64,000 nucleotides of DNA. Source: Fervidobacterium sp. (GTDB lineage: Bacteria; Thermotogota; Thermotogae; Thermotogales; Fervidobacteriaceae). The notes below the pieces were generated by a model. That model saw only the letters and a list, made by a program, of their open reading frames with translations. It ran no database searches and was not told the DNA's origin. The DNA lies in NCBI GenBank assembly GCA_049970055.1, contig JBMFNR010000001.1, forward strand, positions 160,001-224,000, written 5' to 3'. Position 1 is the stretch's first letter. Each line of letters opens with the position of its first letter. This document shows positions 40,948 to 50,467 of this stretch, piece by piece. A program made the position numbers and the translations under genes.

Positions 40948-41848
40948 AAAGTATGTTAGAGCGAAGAGTTACCACATTCTAGTTAGTGCAACAATCGCTT
41001 TTTTAGTTGTCGTAAATGTTATTTGTGTAGTAGTTTATGGCTTAAGATTTCAAAATTTTATAGTTTTCGCAGTTTCTGTGATTTTGTACTATCTTGAAAG
41101 GCGAAATATTCCGGATACGTTGGTCTTCGTAATGTCTTATCCACTTTCTTGGGTTTATTTACTCCCGATAAAAAACGAAGAAATAGAGGATTTTTTCAAC
41201 ATCCCCATACCACCTGAGATCAACGTGAAAATTGACGAAAATGCGATAAATGTATTACCAATCAAAACCGTATTGGCAACTGGGAGTGTTCAAGAAAAAA
41301 AACTGATCACGAAAGATATATTTGCGCAAGTTACAAAGGGAATTAACATAGAACAAAACATGAAGTATCTTCGCCAGCTAATCCGTGACCCGCACATGGA
41401 TGTTCAGCTTTACGCTGAACAAACGCTGGAAGATATTGAAAGTTATTTTGAAAACCTAATAACTAAAATAAAAAATGAAAATACCATTTATTCATGCGTT
41501 GTTATTTATAATTACCTCCGAACTGACATTCCTCGTGGAATTGTAAAGAGTGACTTTGCTAATCTATTGCGAGAAAAAATAAAAAGGGTAAGTTCTCGAG
41601 TGCCTGCTTATTTCGAGATTATGTATTACTTGACAGGCGATATAAACTATCTTTTGGAAAGTTTCAAGAAAACAGGGAACATACAACATCTCAGATTGTA
41701 CGTATTTGAAAAGCTAAAACTCAGAGATTACAACGAAGTAAAAATACTCATTCAAACTTATTCTAAATCTCTTTTATGCAACGATACAACTTTGGAAGAT
41801 TTGGCAGTGCAAAAAGTAAATGGGAGGCACGAGCCAAATGTTAAATAA
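40928..41848 (+). CDS. pelE: PelE-like protein (TM segments plus HEAT/TPR-like helices)
   Basis: N-terminal TMs; LPIKTVL..GSVQEKK..YLRQLIRDPHMDVQLYAEQTLEDIE resembles the PelE core; overlaps pelD. Confidence 0.62.
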   Translation: MKLRYAEKYVRAKSYHILVSATIAFLVVVNVICVVVYGLRFQNFIVFAVSVILYYLERRNIPDTLVFVMSYPLSWVYLLPIKNEEIEDFFNIPIPPEINVKIDENAINVLPIKTVLATGSVQEKKLITKDIFAQVTKGINIEQNMKYLRQLIRDPHMDVQLYAEQTLEDIESYFENLITKIKNENTIYSCVVIYNYLRTDIPRGIVKSDFANLLREKIKRVSSRVPAYFEIMYYLTGDINYLLESFKKTGNIQHLRLYVFEKLKLRDYNEVKILIQTYSKSLLCNDTTLEDLAVQKVNGRHEPNVK

Positions 41849-42689
41849 AAAATTCATCCTTGAAACCTTACCGCCAAGAGGTACTGTTGCTAATAAGTAT
41901 ATTCAATTTTGTGTCGAATCAACAATCGTAGGCGCTGAAGTTATAGCGGTAACAGACCTTCCTATGGGGAGCTCGCGTGTTTCACCGATAGCACCTGCAC
42001 ACATGTTGGTTGAGAAAGGTGTTGAGGTGTTAATGCACTTTTCACGCACGACGAGGAATGCCATCAGAATAGAAGGTGATTTATTAGCAACTCATATGCT
42101 TGGAATAAAAAACGTGCTCATACTTTCAGGTGACGATCCACGTGTTGGTACGTATCCGTTCTCTTCAAGTGTAGAAGATTTCAGTATCTACGACGTTTTT
42201 AGGTTGGTTAAACTCCTAAATGAAAGAAATGAAAATCTCGCTGGCTTGAAAATATACGGTACATTCTCATTCAACCCGGGCGGAGTTTTCAGTCCTTTTG
42301 AAAAAGATTATATGCAAACCATCGAAAGAATGAACAAGAAAGTAGAAAACGGCTGCAAATTTTTTGTTTCTCAACCAGTATTCAGTGAATCAACTATTCT
42401 AAATTTCCTTGAAAAAGCGGAAGGCAACTTGAAGACAAACAAAATATATGTTGCCCTAATGGTCTTTGAAAGCTTAAGTCAATTAGAGTACTTTTCAAAA
42501 GTACCTGGTGTATTCATACCAAAAGAGTATTTTCATCAAAAGGATGAAACAATAAAGTCGTATTCTTTAAAAAGAGCTATGAATGTAGTAGAAAAGCTTT
42601 CTTCATACGTCGAAGGTTTTTATCTAACCTCTACCACAAAAGATCTGGAGGTTATCAAGAATATATCCGAAGTTATTTTTAATAGTTAG
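41838..42689 (+). CDS. metF: Methylenetetrahydrofolate reductase family protein
   Basis: ETLPPRG, VTDLP, MHFSRTTRN, GIKNVLILSGDDP, KKVENGCKFFVSQPVF; ATG 41838 after GGAGG. Confidence 0.85.
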   Translation: MLNKKFILETLPPRGTVANKYIQFCVESTIVGAEVIAVTDLPMGSSRVSPIAPAHMLVEKGVEVLMHFSRTTRNAIRIEGDLLATHMLGIKNVLILSGDDPRVGTYPFSSSVEDFSIYDVFRLVKLLNERNENLAGLKIYGTFSFNPGGVFSPFEKDYMQTIERMNKKVENGCKFFVSQPVFSESTILNFLEKAEGNLKTNKIYVALMVFESLSQLEYFSKVPGVFIPKEYFHQKDETIKSYSLKRAMNVVEKLSSYVEGFYLTSTTKDLEVIKNISEVIFNS

Positions 42690-42717
42690 GGTGCTAATTT
42701 AAAAGCGAGGGAAAACA

Positions 42718-45009
42718 ATGATTTACGCAGTTGCTTTATCCAAATCCAACATTGTAAAACCTATTTTGTGTGAATACACCGGAGAAATAAACTTAGGTGA
42801 GAGAGTACTTGTAAGCTACAAGGGAAAGAAAAATATTGGGTATGTTGTGGAAAAAATAGAGGTATCAAGTTCAAAATCAATTGTATCGAGTATTATAGAA
42901 CGTCTTGATTACACATCATTTTTCGACAATCAAAGGATAATAGCATTGCGTAATCTAGCTGAATTTTATGGCTCGGGTGTCGGAAAATACTTTGATATAT
43001 CTTTTCCTCCGGATTTTGATGATTATTTTTCGTTATTTGTCGAAAGCACAAGCCCATTTCTGAATATAGAGCGTCAACCTTATGAAGAGTTCAAAAAAAT
43101 GAAAAATTACCAAGAATACATTTCAAACGGGTTGGTAAGAATATATAGAGATTTTGAAACAAGTAAACCGAGGCCAAGAAAGAAAAATCAATACGTTTAT
43201 CTTAAATCATCTCCTCAAGAACTTTTAACATACAAGCTGACGGCAAATCAGACGATTGTTGTGAATTATCTTTTGATGAAAGAATCGGCAGAAATCGAAG
43301 AAATAGTTAATGACCTAAACATCGAAAAGGATGTAATAATACAACTCAAAAACAAAGGTATTGTAGACGTTGTTGAACATTACATATCAAACCGCAGTCT
43401 GCGGAAAGTTAAACTTACCAAAGAGCAAGAAGAAGTTGTGAGGAATATACTTTCGTATAATTTACACGATCCAAAGAAACATCTTCTATTTGGACCAACT
43501 GGTAGTGGGAAGACAGAAGTATATTTGGAAGTTATTGAAAAGTACATTCCCTTCGGTAATGTGCTCTATCTTGTTCCAGAAATATCTTTGACGGAACAGA
43601 CCATAGCACGTTTGAAGAGCAGATTCCCAGATGTGACAATTGCACTTTATCACAGTTATCTAACACACTCAAAGCGTGTCGAAATTTGGGCAAAGGCGAT
43701 CAAAGGCGAGATAAATATATTAGTAGGCCCAAGAAGTGCTGCATTTGTGCCTATTAAGAATTTAAAACTTGCAATTGTTGATGAAGAACACGACGAAGGC
43801 TATTATAACGATACTGAACCGTTTTACGACGTACATACCTTTTTAGATTTACTACCAATCACAGTTGTGTACGGCTCAGCTACCCCATCTTTAGTTAGCT
43901 ATTATAAAGCTTTAAATGGTGAATACGCGTTTCATAAAATTACACAAAGGTTTGAAGTTGATCTTCCGAATGTTGAAATTGTTGATATGAGATCAGAAAA
44001 GAAATTAACATCTTCAATATCTGAAACTTTATACAAAGCTACACTAGATACCTTTGAATCTGGAAAGTCCGCGATTATTTATACAAGGAGGAAAGGGTTT
44101 TCGCGTGTACAGTGCAGTATCTGCGGGTATATCGTAAAGTGTGATCACTGCGATGTGGGTATGACATACCATCTTGATATCAACAAATTGAGATGTCACA
44201 TCTGTGGAAGTGAAAAGAACTTAGATATGCGATGCCCTAATTGCGGTTCAAATATGTTCATTGATAAAGGAACAGGCACAGAAAAAGTTGAAAAAGAATT
44301 ATTTCAGCTTTTTCCAGGAAGAAACATTGGAAGGATAGACGCAGAGGTAGCCGACTCTCCCGACAAGCTAAAGAAAATGTTGGAACACCTAAGGGAGGGG
44401 AAAATCGACATGGTTGTCGGGACCAAAATGATAACAAAAGGCCTTGATATATACAGAATAGGTCTTGTAGGGATTGTTGATATAGATGCGTTGATATCAT
44501 ACCCCGATCTTAACGCCCCACTTAGAACTTTCCAAACCTTGGTACAAGTAATAGGGAGGTCGGGAAGAACAGAAAAGGGTAAAGCCATTATTCAAACATA
44601 CAACCCGCTACATCCTGTAATTACATTTGCGAGTAACCAAGATGTTGAAGGCTACTACAAAAGAGAAATTGAACTGAGAAGAGAACTTAACTATCCGCCT
44701 TTTGCAAGTGTTGTTGCTGTTACCTATTCAAATGCTGATGTGAATATAGCACGTGAAACAGTTGAAATTTTTGCAGACGAGATTGAGAAGATAAATATCG
44801 AATACAGAAAAACTCATGGTGAAGAACTCTACTTGGAGATCCTTGGACCATCAGAACATCCGATTTTCAAATCGAAGAATAAATATCGCTATCAACTATT
44901 CCTAAAAATAGAGAACAATAAAGTGAGCGATTTACTAATTGTAATAAAAGACTTAACCGCACAGTACACAGGTGACTGGACAATTAAAGTCAATCCACCT
45001 GAGATTTAG
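42718..45009 (+). CDS. priA: Primosomal protein N' (replication restart helicase)
   Basis: GPTGSGKTEVY, VPEISLT, VDEEHD, four CxxC pairs, QVIGRSGR, YPPF. Confidence 0.96.
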   Translation: MIYAVALSKSNIVKPILCEYTGEINLGERVLVSYKGKKNIGYVVEKIEVSSSKSIVSSIIERLDYTSFFDNQRIIALRNLAEFYGSGVGKYFDISFPPDFDDYFSLFVESTSPFLNIERQPYEEFKKMKNYQEYISNGLVRIYRDFETSKPRPRKKNQYVYLKSSPQELLTYKLTANQTIVVNYLLMKESAEIEEIVNDLNIEKDVIIQLKNKGIVDVVEHYISNRSLRKVKLTKEQEEVVRNILSYNLHDPKKHLLFGPTGSGKTEVYLEVIEKYIPFGNVLYLVPEISLTEQTIARLKSRFPDVTIALYHSYLTHSKRVEIWAKAIKGEINILVGPRSAAFVPIKNLKLAIVDEEHDEGYYNDTEPFYDVHTFLDLLPITVVYGSATPSLVSYYKALNGEYAFHKITQRFEVDLPNVEIVDMRSEKKLTSSISETLYKATLDTFESGKSAIIYTRRKGFSRVQCSICGYIVKCDHCDVGMTYHLDINKLRCHICGSEKNLDMRCPNCGSNMFIDKGTGTEKVEKELFQLFPGRNIGRIDAEVADSPDKLKKMLEHLREGKIDMVVGTKMITKGLDIYRIGLVGIVDIDALISYPDLNAPLRTFQTLVQVIGRSGRTEKGKAIIQTYNPLHPVITFASNQDVEGYYKREIELRRELNYPPFASVVAVTYSNADVNIARETVEIFADEIEKINIEYRKTHGEELYLEILGPSEHPIFKSKNKYRYQLFLKIENNKVSDLLIVIKDLTAQYTGDWTIKVNPPEI

Positions 45010-45014
45010 AGATT

Positions 45015-45048
45015 AAAAAAGGGTAGATGGTGTCATCTACCCTTTTTT
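45015..45048. terminator. Bidirectional intrinsic terminator
   Basis: AAAAAAGGGTAGATG-gtgt-CATCTACCCTTTTTT. Confidence 0.9.
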
Positions 45049-45061
45049 ATTCATTCCCCTT

Positions 45062-45163
45062 TCACTTTTTTGAATTCTTAATGATTGTTCCAACCGAAGT
45101 CAAAGTTAATACAAGTATTATTCCCCAACTTCCAATCATAAAAGCTAAAGCTGTCACTGACAT
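45062..45163 (-). CDS. 33-aa single-TM protein, putative NSS transporter small subunit (MetS-like)
   Basis: Not in the ORF track. MSVTALAFMIGSWGIILVLTLTSVGTIIKNSKK; AGGAG RBS overlaps the NSS stop codon. Confidence 0.75.
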   Translation of the reverse strand: MSVTALAFMIGSWGIILVLTLTSVGTIIKNSKK

Positions 45164-45175
45164 TTTACCACGCTC

Positions 45176-46750
45176 CTACTTTGAATTATCAACATTATCA
45201 ATATTATCTAGCTTTTGACCTAAATTTTTATAAGTTAAGATGAAGCTAGAGATAAAGACGATTATTAGAACAATTCTTGCAGCTATTACCCAGGGAATAA
45301 GTACGGGGTTGTTTTTAACAAAGTCTGGTATCAATTTAAAGTAACCATGTTTCGCATAATCGATTGTTGAGAAAACAAGTAAAAGGATGATAAACACAGG
45401 AGTTAAGAATCCCATGACTGTTCTGTAAAACCACTTTGGTATTTTCCAATAGCTTCCTTTGTTGATTTCCTCCAACCCTTTTGACTTAAAAAGCCATACT
45501 GCTGCAATTACCTCTATTAAACCCAGTAAAACCAAAAAGTATGTACCAACCCAATTGTCGAGCTCAGTTAAGTACATAAGGTCTGCTGTTTTCGTAAGAA
45601 TAGGCTCAAGAGCTACAGGAAGACCTCCAATGATGTACATTACAAAAACAAATGTTGAACCCTTTTTCCTTTCTATACCAAACTCATCTTCTAAAAATGC
45701 TGTCATATAGTTAAACATTGCAATTGAACTTGTTATACCAGCAAAGAACAAAAGTAAAAACCAAAGCATACCGAATATTCTTCCACCGGCCATTTCTCTA
45801 AAAACATTTGGAAGGGCAATAAAAGACAATCCTACACCGCTTTTTAAACCTTCAGTACCAAGGAACGTAAACGCTATCGGTATAACTATAGTTCCCGCGA
45901 GTATAACCTCGGCAAATTCGTTAAGGGATGCGGTTGCAACCGCTGATGTTACAATATCGTCTTCATCTCTCAAATACGATGCGTAATTTTGGATAATTCC
46001 CATGCCAAGAGAAAGTGTGAAGAATATTTGTCCTGCAGCGGCAAGCGTTGCGGACCAATTTAGTTCATTCCAACGGGGCGACCAAAGAAAATTAAGTCCT
46101 TTAATTGGATTCCAGTCTGGGTTAACGGGGGAGCCAAGTGTCAAAGTTCTGATTAGTAGAACAAGTGAAAATATATAGATTGCTGGCATTGCAACTTTCG
46201 CCAGAGTTTCCAATCCTTTGTTTATTCCTCTTCTTGTTATAACCCAAAGAATTGAAAGTGTAATAATCCAGAATAACAAAACTCTATATGGGCTTTGGAT
46301 ATAACCAGCAAAATACTGAACAGTGTCTACAGATTTGTCCATGTATTTTCCGATAGCGGTTTCAAAAGAATAACCAAGTGTCCAGCCAATGACATGGTTG
46401 TAGTATGAGTTTAAGAGCATAACCACTGACAGAGCAATAGCACCGGCAAAAGCACCGAAAATCTTTGCGCCTTTGTACCCCATGGTTTCTTTCGCTTGCA
46501 GATAAACCATTGGACCAATCGTACCGTGGCCGTACCTTCCTCCATATCTTCCTTGTGCCCATTCAATTATTAGCAGAGGAATACCCATAAATATAAAAGC
46601 TACAAAATATGGTATCATGAAAGCTCCTCCGCCGTTTTTTGCAGCTTGGTAAGGGAAGCGCCAAAAATTACCAAGACCTATGGCGTTCCCTGCCATGGCT
46701 AAAATAAGTCCGAGTGTACTACCCCAGTGTTCTCTTGCCTTTTTTGCCAC
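45176..46750 (-). CDS. Sodium-dependent amino-acid transporter, NSS (LeuT-like) family
   Basis: REHW, MAGNAIGLGNFWRFPY, NGGGAFMIPY, AAAGQIFFTLSLG, FFAGITSSIA; likely GTG start at 46750. Confidence 0.95.
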   Translation of the reverse strand: MAKKAREHWGSTLGLILAMAGNAIGLGNFWRFPYQAAKNGGGAFMIPYFVAFIFMGIPLLIIEWAQGRYGGRYGHGTIGPMVYLQAKETMGYKGAKIFGAFAGAIALSVVMLLNSYYNHVIGWTLGYSFETAIGKYMDKSVDTVQYFAGYIQSPYRVLLFWIITLSILWVITRRGINKGLETLAKVAMPAIYIFSLVLLIRTLTLGSPVNPDWNPIKGLNFLWSPRWNELNWSATLAAAGQIFFTLSLGMGIIQNYASYLRDEDDIVTSAVATASLNEFAEVILAGTIVIPIAFTFLGTEGLKSGVGLSFIALPNVFREMAGGRIFGMLWFLLLFFAGITSSIAMFNYMTAFLEDEFGIERKKGSTFVFVMYIIGGLPVALEPILTKTADLMYLTELDNWVGTYFLVLLGLIEVIAAVWLFKSKGLEEINKGSYWKIPKWFYRTVMGFLTPVFIILLLVFSTIDYAKHGYFKLIPDFVKNNPVLIPWVIAARIVLIIVFISSFILTYKNLGQKLDNIDNVDNSK

Positions 46751-46834
46751 AACAAGCACCTCCCAAAAAGCCGGATATACGGAAAATCGATAACAAAAAT
46801 AAAAAAAGCGTGTTTTTACCTAAAGCACGCTTTA

Positions 46835-46863
46835 ATTCTACATATTGACTATATTTTAGTCAA
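46835..46863 (-). promoter_or_regulatory. Promoter of the NSS gene with an overlapping palindromic operator
   Basis: TTGACT-N17-TAGAAT on the minus strand; TTGACTA-N5-TAGTCAA inverted repeat at 46845-46863. Confidence 0.7.
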
Positions 46864-46981
46864 AGCTAATTTTTCAGAAGAAAACAACAGAAATTTCCAA
46901 TTTTCACTTATGTAACATCAAGAATATTTGTGAAACAAGTAGCAAAGAATAATTATTACCAAAGTTGTTGTATAACAATTT

Positions 46982-48640
46982 TCATTTTTCTTGAACGTTC
47001 TCTGTATTTTTACCAAACTTTGTTATAAAGTCTTTGAACATACTAACTATTAAATCCCTTCTATACTGTGCAAAGCACCTAAGCCATTCGCTCTCATTCT
47101 TCCAAGTTTCCAATTCTGGTTTGCCCCACCTTGCAGAATGGCGTACGATTTCATCTTTTAAATCCTCGATTCTTCTTTCAACTATTTTTTCAAACCTTTC
47201 TTCTGTAAATATGTTATTTAGTATGTAGTAGAAGCGGTTTATGAACTTTACCTTAAATTCGGTGTTTTCAAGTAATTTGCGTAAAAGCAATGTTGCTTCA
47301 TCGACTGTTGTCCAAGGGATCTCGGGATCACCATACACTGCAATCCGTATTGTATTGTGCTCAGGGACCCATAACGCAAGGTCCATATCGTACATCATCC
47401 AGCGCCATTTGCCATCTCCATATTTGTTTTCTTCGGGTTTTAGCACTCTCCACATGCGTTCATTATTACCAGGCCAATCTCTATTGGCAGTTAAGATTTC
47501 CGCTATCTTAAAGTCTATAAAACTGTCTATATCTATAACCTGGCACACCTTTTGATAATTAGCCTTGATCGATAAATCACTATTTTTCACAAAATTTATC
47601 AGATCAACAAAACTTTGTTGATCGCCTTCTTTTCCATCTTGAATCGACATATCATAGTTTATTATAACAGTATTTTTTTCATTTACACCGTATTTAATTT
47701 GTAAGTATCTTTGATCATAGTACTCCATTAAATAAGAAATTCCCCAGTATTCTCCATTTATGTAATGAACAAGAGGATAGTTATCTTGTGTATCAAAATT
47801 AAGTTCTTTAAAAACTTCCTGTGCAATCGAATCACGCATGTACGTTCCTTCCCAATCGTTGCCGGCATTTCTCAATAAAAGCTTCTTGTAACCTACTCTA
47901 CCAAAAAACGGATACGCAAATTGCTTTTCGGAATTCCTCGCGTAAAGTCTTATAGATTTTATAGGCAAACTACGTGTAAATTCTCCGTGTATGCGGATTC
48001 CTATTTGTGTTCTGTATTTCAACTTACCATCTTCAAAATACTCCATTATTGCAGGTCTTTCAGATGCATCGCCTCGTTGTTGATAATTCCCAGTCCAATA
48101 AGGATTTGATGGATCAAACGTCTTTCCGGGTACGTAGATACCTTTTTCATCGTCAAATAAATTCTCCGGGTCAGTAATTATTGAGAGAACCGGCAATTTG
48201 TGAGTAATTCCTATAAAATAACTCCTAACAGCTGAATCGATGATTTTTCCATCTTTAAGTTCGATAATTCTTAAAATGGTCGCTTTGTCAAAAGTTCCAG
48301 TTGGTGCCCTCCACAATGGTGACGTTGGAATATACATATACGTGTTGTCATACTTCTTTGAAATAACCAACGGTGAGGAATATTTGTACGTGTTTTTACT
48401 GTCGATACGTGGTGTGGTGCCATCAAGTGTGTAATACACTTCCCCATTAACTGACGAAGTTATTATAACTACTATAGATGAATCATAAAAACCTGACTCG
48501 TGAGATATGATCAGTTGTGGAAAGGTTGTTGGCATGATTAAAAACGTGAAAAACAAAGTCATGATTCGAATTTTCAATTTAGTTTCCCCCAGTTTTATCA
48601 CTGCAAACTTATTATTTGTACGCTTTAATCCAAAAAACAT
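46982..48640 (-). CDS. CotH kinase-family protein with N-terminal chitobiase-C/FN3-associated domain
   Basis: SGFY..YYTLDGTTP, GIRIHG..KSIRLY, LRNAGND, YINGEYWG, NRDWPGNN, WRWMMYDMD; start uncertain. Confidence 0.88.
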   Translation of the reverse strand: MFFGLKRTNNKFAVIKLGETKLKIRIMTLFFTFLIMPTTFPQLIISHESGFYDSSIVVIITSSVNGEVYYTLDGTTPRIDSKNTYKYSSPLVISKKYDNTYMYIPTSPLWRAPTGTFDKATILRIIELKDGKIIDSAVRSYFIGITHKLPVLSIITDPENLFDDEKGIYVPGKTFDPSNPYWTGNYQQRGDASERPAIMEYFEDGKLKYRTQIGIRIHGEFTRSLPIKSIRLYARNSEKQFAYPFFGRVGYKKLLLRNAGNDWEGTYMRDSIAQEVFKELNFDTQDNYPLVHYINGEYWGISYLMEYYDQRYLQIKYGVNEKNTVIINYDMSIQDGKEGDQQSFVDLINFVKNSDLSIKANYQKVCQVIDIDSFIDFKIAEILTANRDWPGNNERMWRVLKPEENKYGDGKWRWMMYDMDLALWVPEHNTIRIAVYGDPEIPWTTVDEATLLLRKLLENTEFKVKFINRFYYILNNIFTEERFEKIVERRIEDLKDEIVRHSARWGKPELETWKNESEWLRCFAQYRRDLIVSMFKDFITKFGKNTENVQEK

Positions 48641-49241
48641 ATTCTACACTACCTGCTTCTAAACGCATGTTCCTCTTCTTGAGGAGTTTTTCTTTGTCCA
48701 ATGTGTTGATCTCAAATTTAGGTCTTATGATTATATCGTATCCATCGTTCGATGCTTGGAAAGAAACACTGTAGCGACTGTAGAGTTGTTCGCTTAAATA
48801 GTCTTTTTGATACATATTTTCTTCATTTAACGTCGAAATTCTATACCCGGCACTTATATACCTCCTTGCTGCTCTTTCAACATATTGCATTTCGTTGTAT
48901 ATAGAATCGTATGTATTTACCGAAATGGTTTCTTGTTCAGTATGAAAAAGTGTTACGACTGTTGTCGTGGTTTCTTCTGTTGTGGCTGACTGAGTGGGTG
49001 TTTCAACATTGCTTAAATTTATTGGAGTATCTTGGGTAACTTCAAATGAATAACTATGAGGTTCCATGTTTGTAACTGTCGCAGGTATATCTGTTTTTGC
49101 CGGTAATGAAGCTGTTTCATTAAGTGCATCGGTGTTTTCAAGAGTGTAGTCAAATGTTACACTTCTTTTGGAAAATGTGGAAATCAAAAGTATAGTCAAA
49201 ACAAGTAAGAAAATAACCGTAATCTTTGAAAGCAGGCTCAC
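48612..49241 (-). CDS. Hypothetical membrane-anchored protein with Thr-rich linker
   Basis: N-terminal TM, ETPTQSATTEETTTTVVT linker, small C-terminal domain; GGAGGTG RBS. Confidence 0.7.
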   Translation of the reverse strand: MSLLSKITVIFLLVLTILLISTFSKRSVTFDYTLENTDALNETASLPAKTDIPATVTNMEPHSYSFEVTQDTPINLSNVETPTQSATTEETTTTVVTLFHTEQETISVNTYDSIYNEMQYVERAARRYISAGYRISTLNEENMYQKDYLSEQLYSRYSVSFQASNDGYDIIIRPKFEINTLDKEKLLKKRNMRLEAGSVEYVFWIKAYK

Positions 49242-49308
49242 GGTTAAACTTCACCTCCATGTTCCAAAATTTTTCGATCGGTATTAATCTAGTATTAATT
49301 GATTACTA

Positions 49309-50463
49309 TTAACTGACACTATCATCTTTAAGTATCTTATCAGGTGAAAATACGAATTTCATTCTTAACCATGTGAAGAAAATTAACCCGATAGACGCAA
49401 CAACAGAAAAAGCTACGAAGAAAAACTCTCGAACGAGAATACCTTTTGAACTTTCTAAAAACTGTACACTCCTGATTATATACGTGCTTTTAAAGAGTAT
49501 CGAAGATGTAACTAACTCTTTAAGTAGATTAGGTAGTTGTGAAACCTGAGTAAATATACCACTTGAAAGCAAGAAAAGTATTGCAAATGCAGCTCCTACA
49601 ATGTTGGCGGATGAGGAATTTAGAAAAAGTGAAGATAAAAGCAGTGCAAATGAAGAGTAAAACAACGCATTAAAGACTATAAGCAAAACAATCAGAGCAG
49701 GATCTACGTTAAAATGTGTGAAAGCAAAAAATAAATACGAAATCAATCCTGAAAGAGCACTTAGGGAGAATACTACTATCAATTTTGTCAATACGTACTT
49801 TAACATACTTTGTTTCGAAAGTGCAAATTGTTTCAGTAGGCCTATTTCCCTATCTCGTGTGATAATTCCGGTCCCTACGATAATCCCCAAAAACATTGTC
49901 ACAACGAATATCATATTTGGCGCGAATGCTTGGGAAAAATCTAATGATTTTTCAGTGACAAGCTCTGGTGCGGGTACATTTGCTGCCGTGTACATTTCGT
50001 GTAGAACTTTTGGGTTAAAGAAAGGGCCTCCACTTAGATCTTCGAACATTTTTTTGAAAACCAAAAAAGCTGCCGCCGAAATTTCAGTGTTTACCGGGCT
50101 TGGGACATATGTTATCTTCGTTTTCTTTCCAGAAAAAAGCGAAGAAGTAAAATCCTCAGGTATAACGACTACGGCGTTCAAGTTTCCATTTTTTAGTTCC
50201 TCTTCATAGTTTTCATCAACGTAGCCTATAGTTCCTCCTTTAAAGAGCGAAAGGACAACACCAACCGTAAATCTAGAAAGTGGTGATTTGTCTTTACTAT
50301 AAACACCTATCTTTAGTTCGGACTCACTAACAGATTTGAAAAACAAAATCCCAAATAAAACAAAAATCAAAGGAATTGCGATGAGTGTCATGTAAGTTAA
50401 TGGTCTTGAAAAAATCCTCTTGAATTCGAATTTTATTAAGTTCAATCTTTTCACCCCGTACAT
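49309..50463 (-). CDS. ABC-2 type exporter permease
   Basis: FEFKRIF, VVVIPEDF, ITRDREIGLL; one plus five TM topology. Start may be TTG ~50445. Confidence 0.85.
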   Translation of the reverse strand: MYGVKRLNLIKFEFKRIFSRPLTYMTLIAIPLIFVLFGILFFKSVSESELKIGVYSKDKSPLSRFTVGVVLSLFKGGTIGYVDENYEEELKNGNLNAVVVIPEDFTSSLFSGKKTKITYVPSPVNTEISAAAFLVFKKMFEDLSGGPFFNPKVLHEMYTAANVPAPELVTEKSLDFSQAFAPNMIFVVTMFLGIIVGTGIITRDREIGLLKQFALSKQSMLKYVLTKLIVVFSLSALSGLISYLFFAFTHFNVDPALIVLLIVFNALFYSSFALLLSSLFLNSSSANIVGAAFAILFLLSSGIFTQVSQLPNLLKELVTSSILFKSTYIIRSVQFLESSKGILVREFFFVAFSVVASIGLIFFTWLRMKFVFSPDKILKDDSVS

Positions 50464-50467
50464 TGCA

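Noticed and set aside
46928..46945. Rex-like box TTGTGAA-acaa-GTAGCAA
   Set aside because: Three mismatches in the right arm and it lies well upstream of the predicted promoter.
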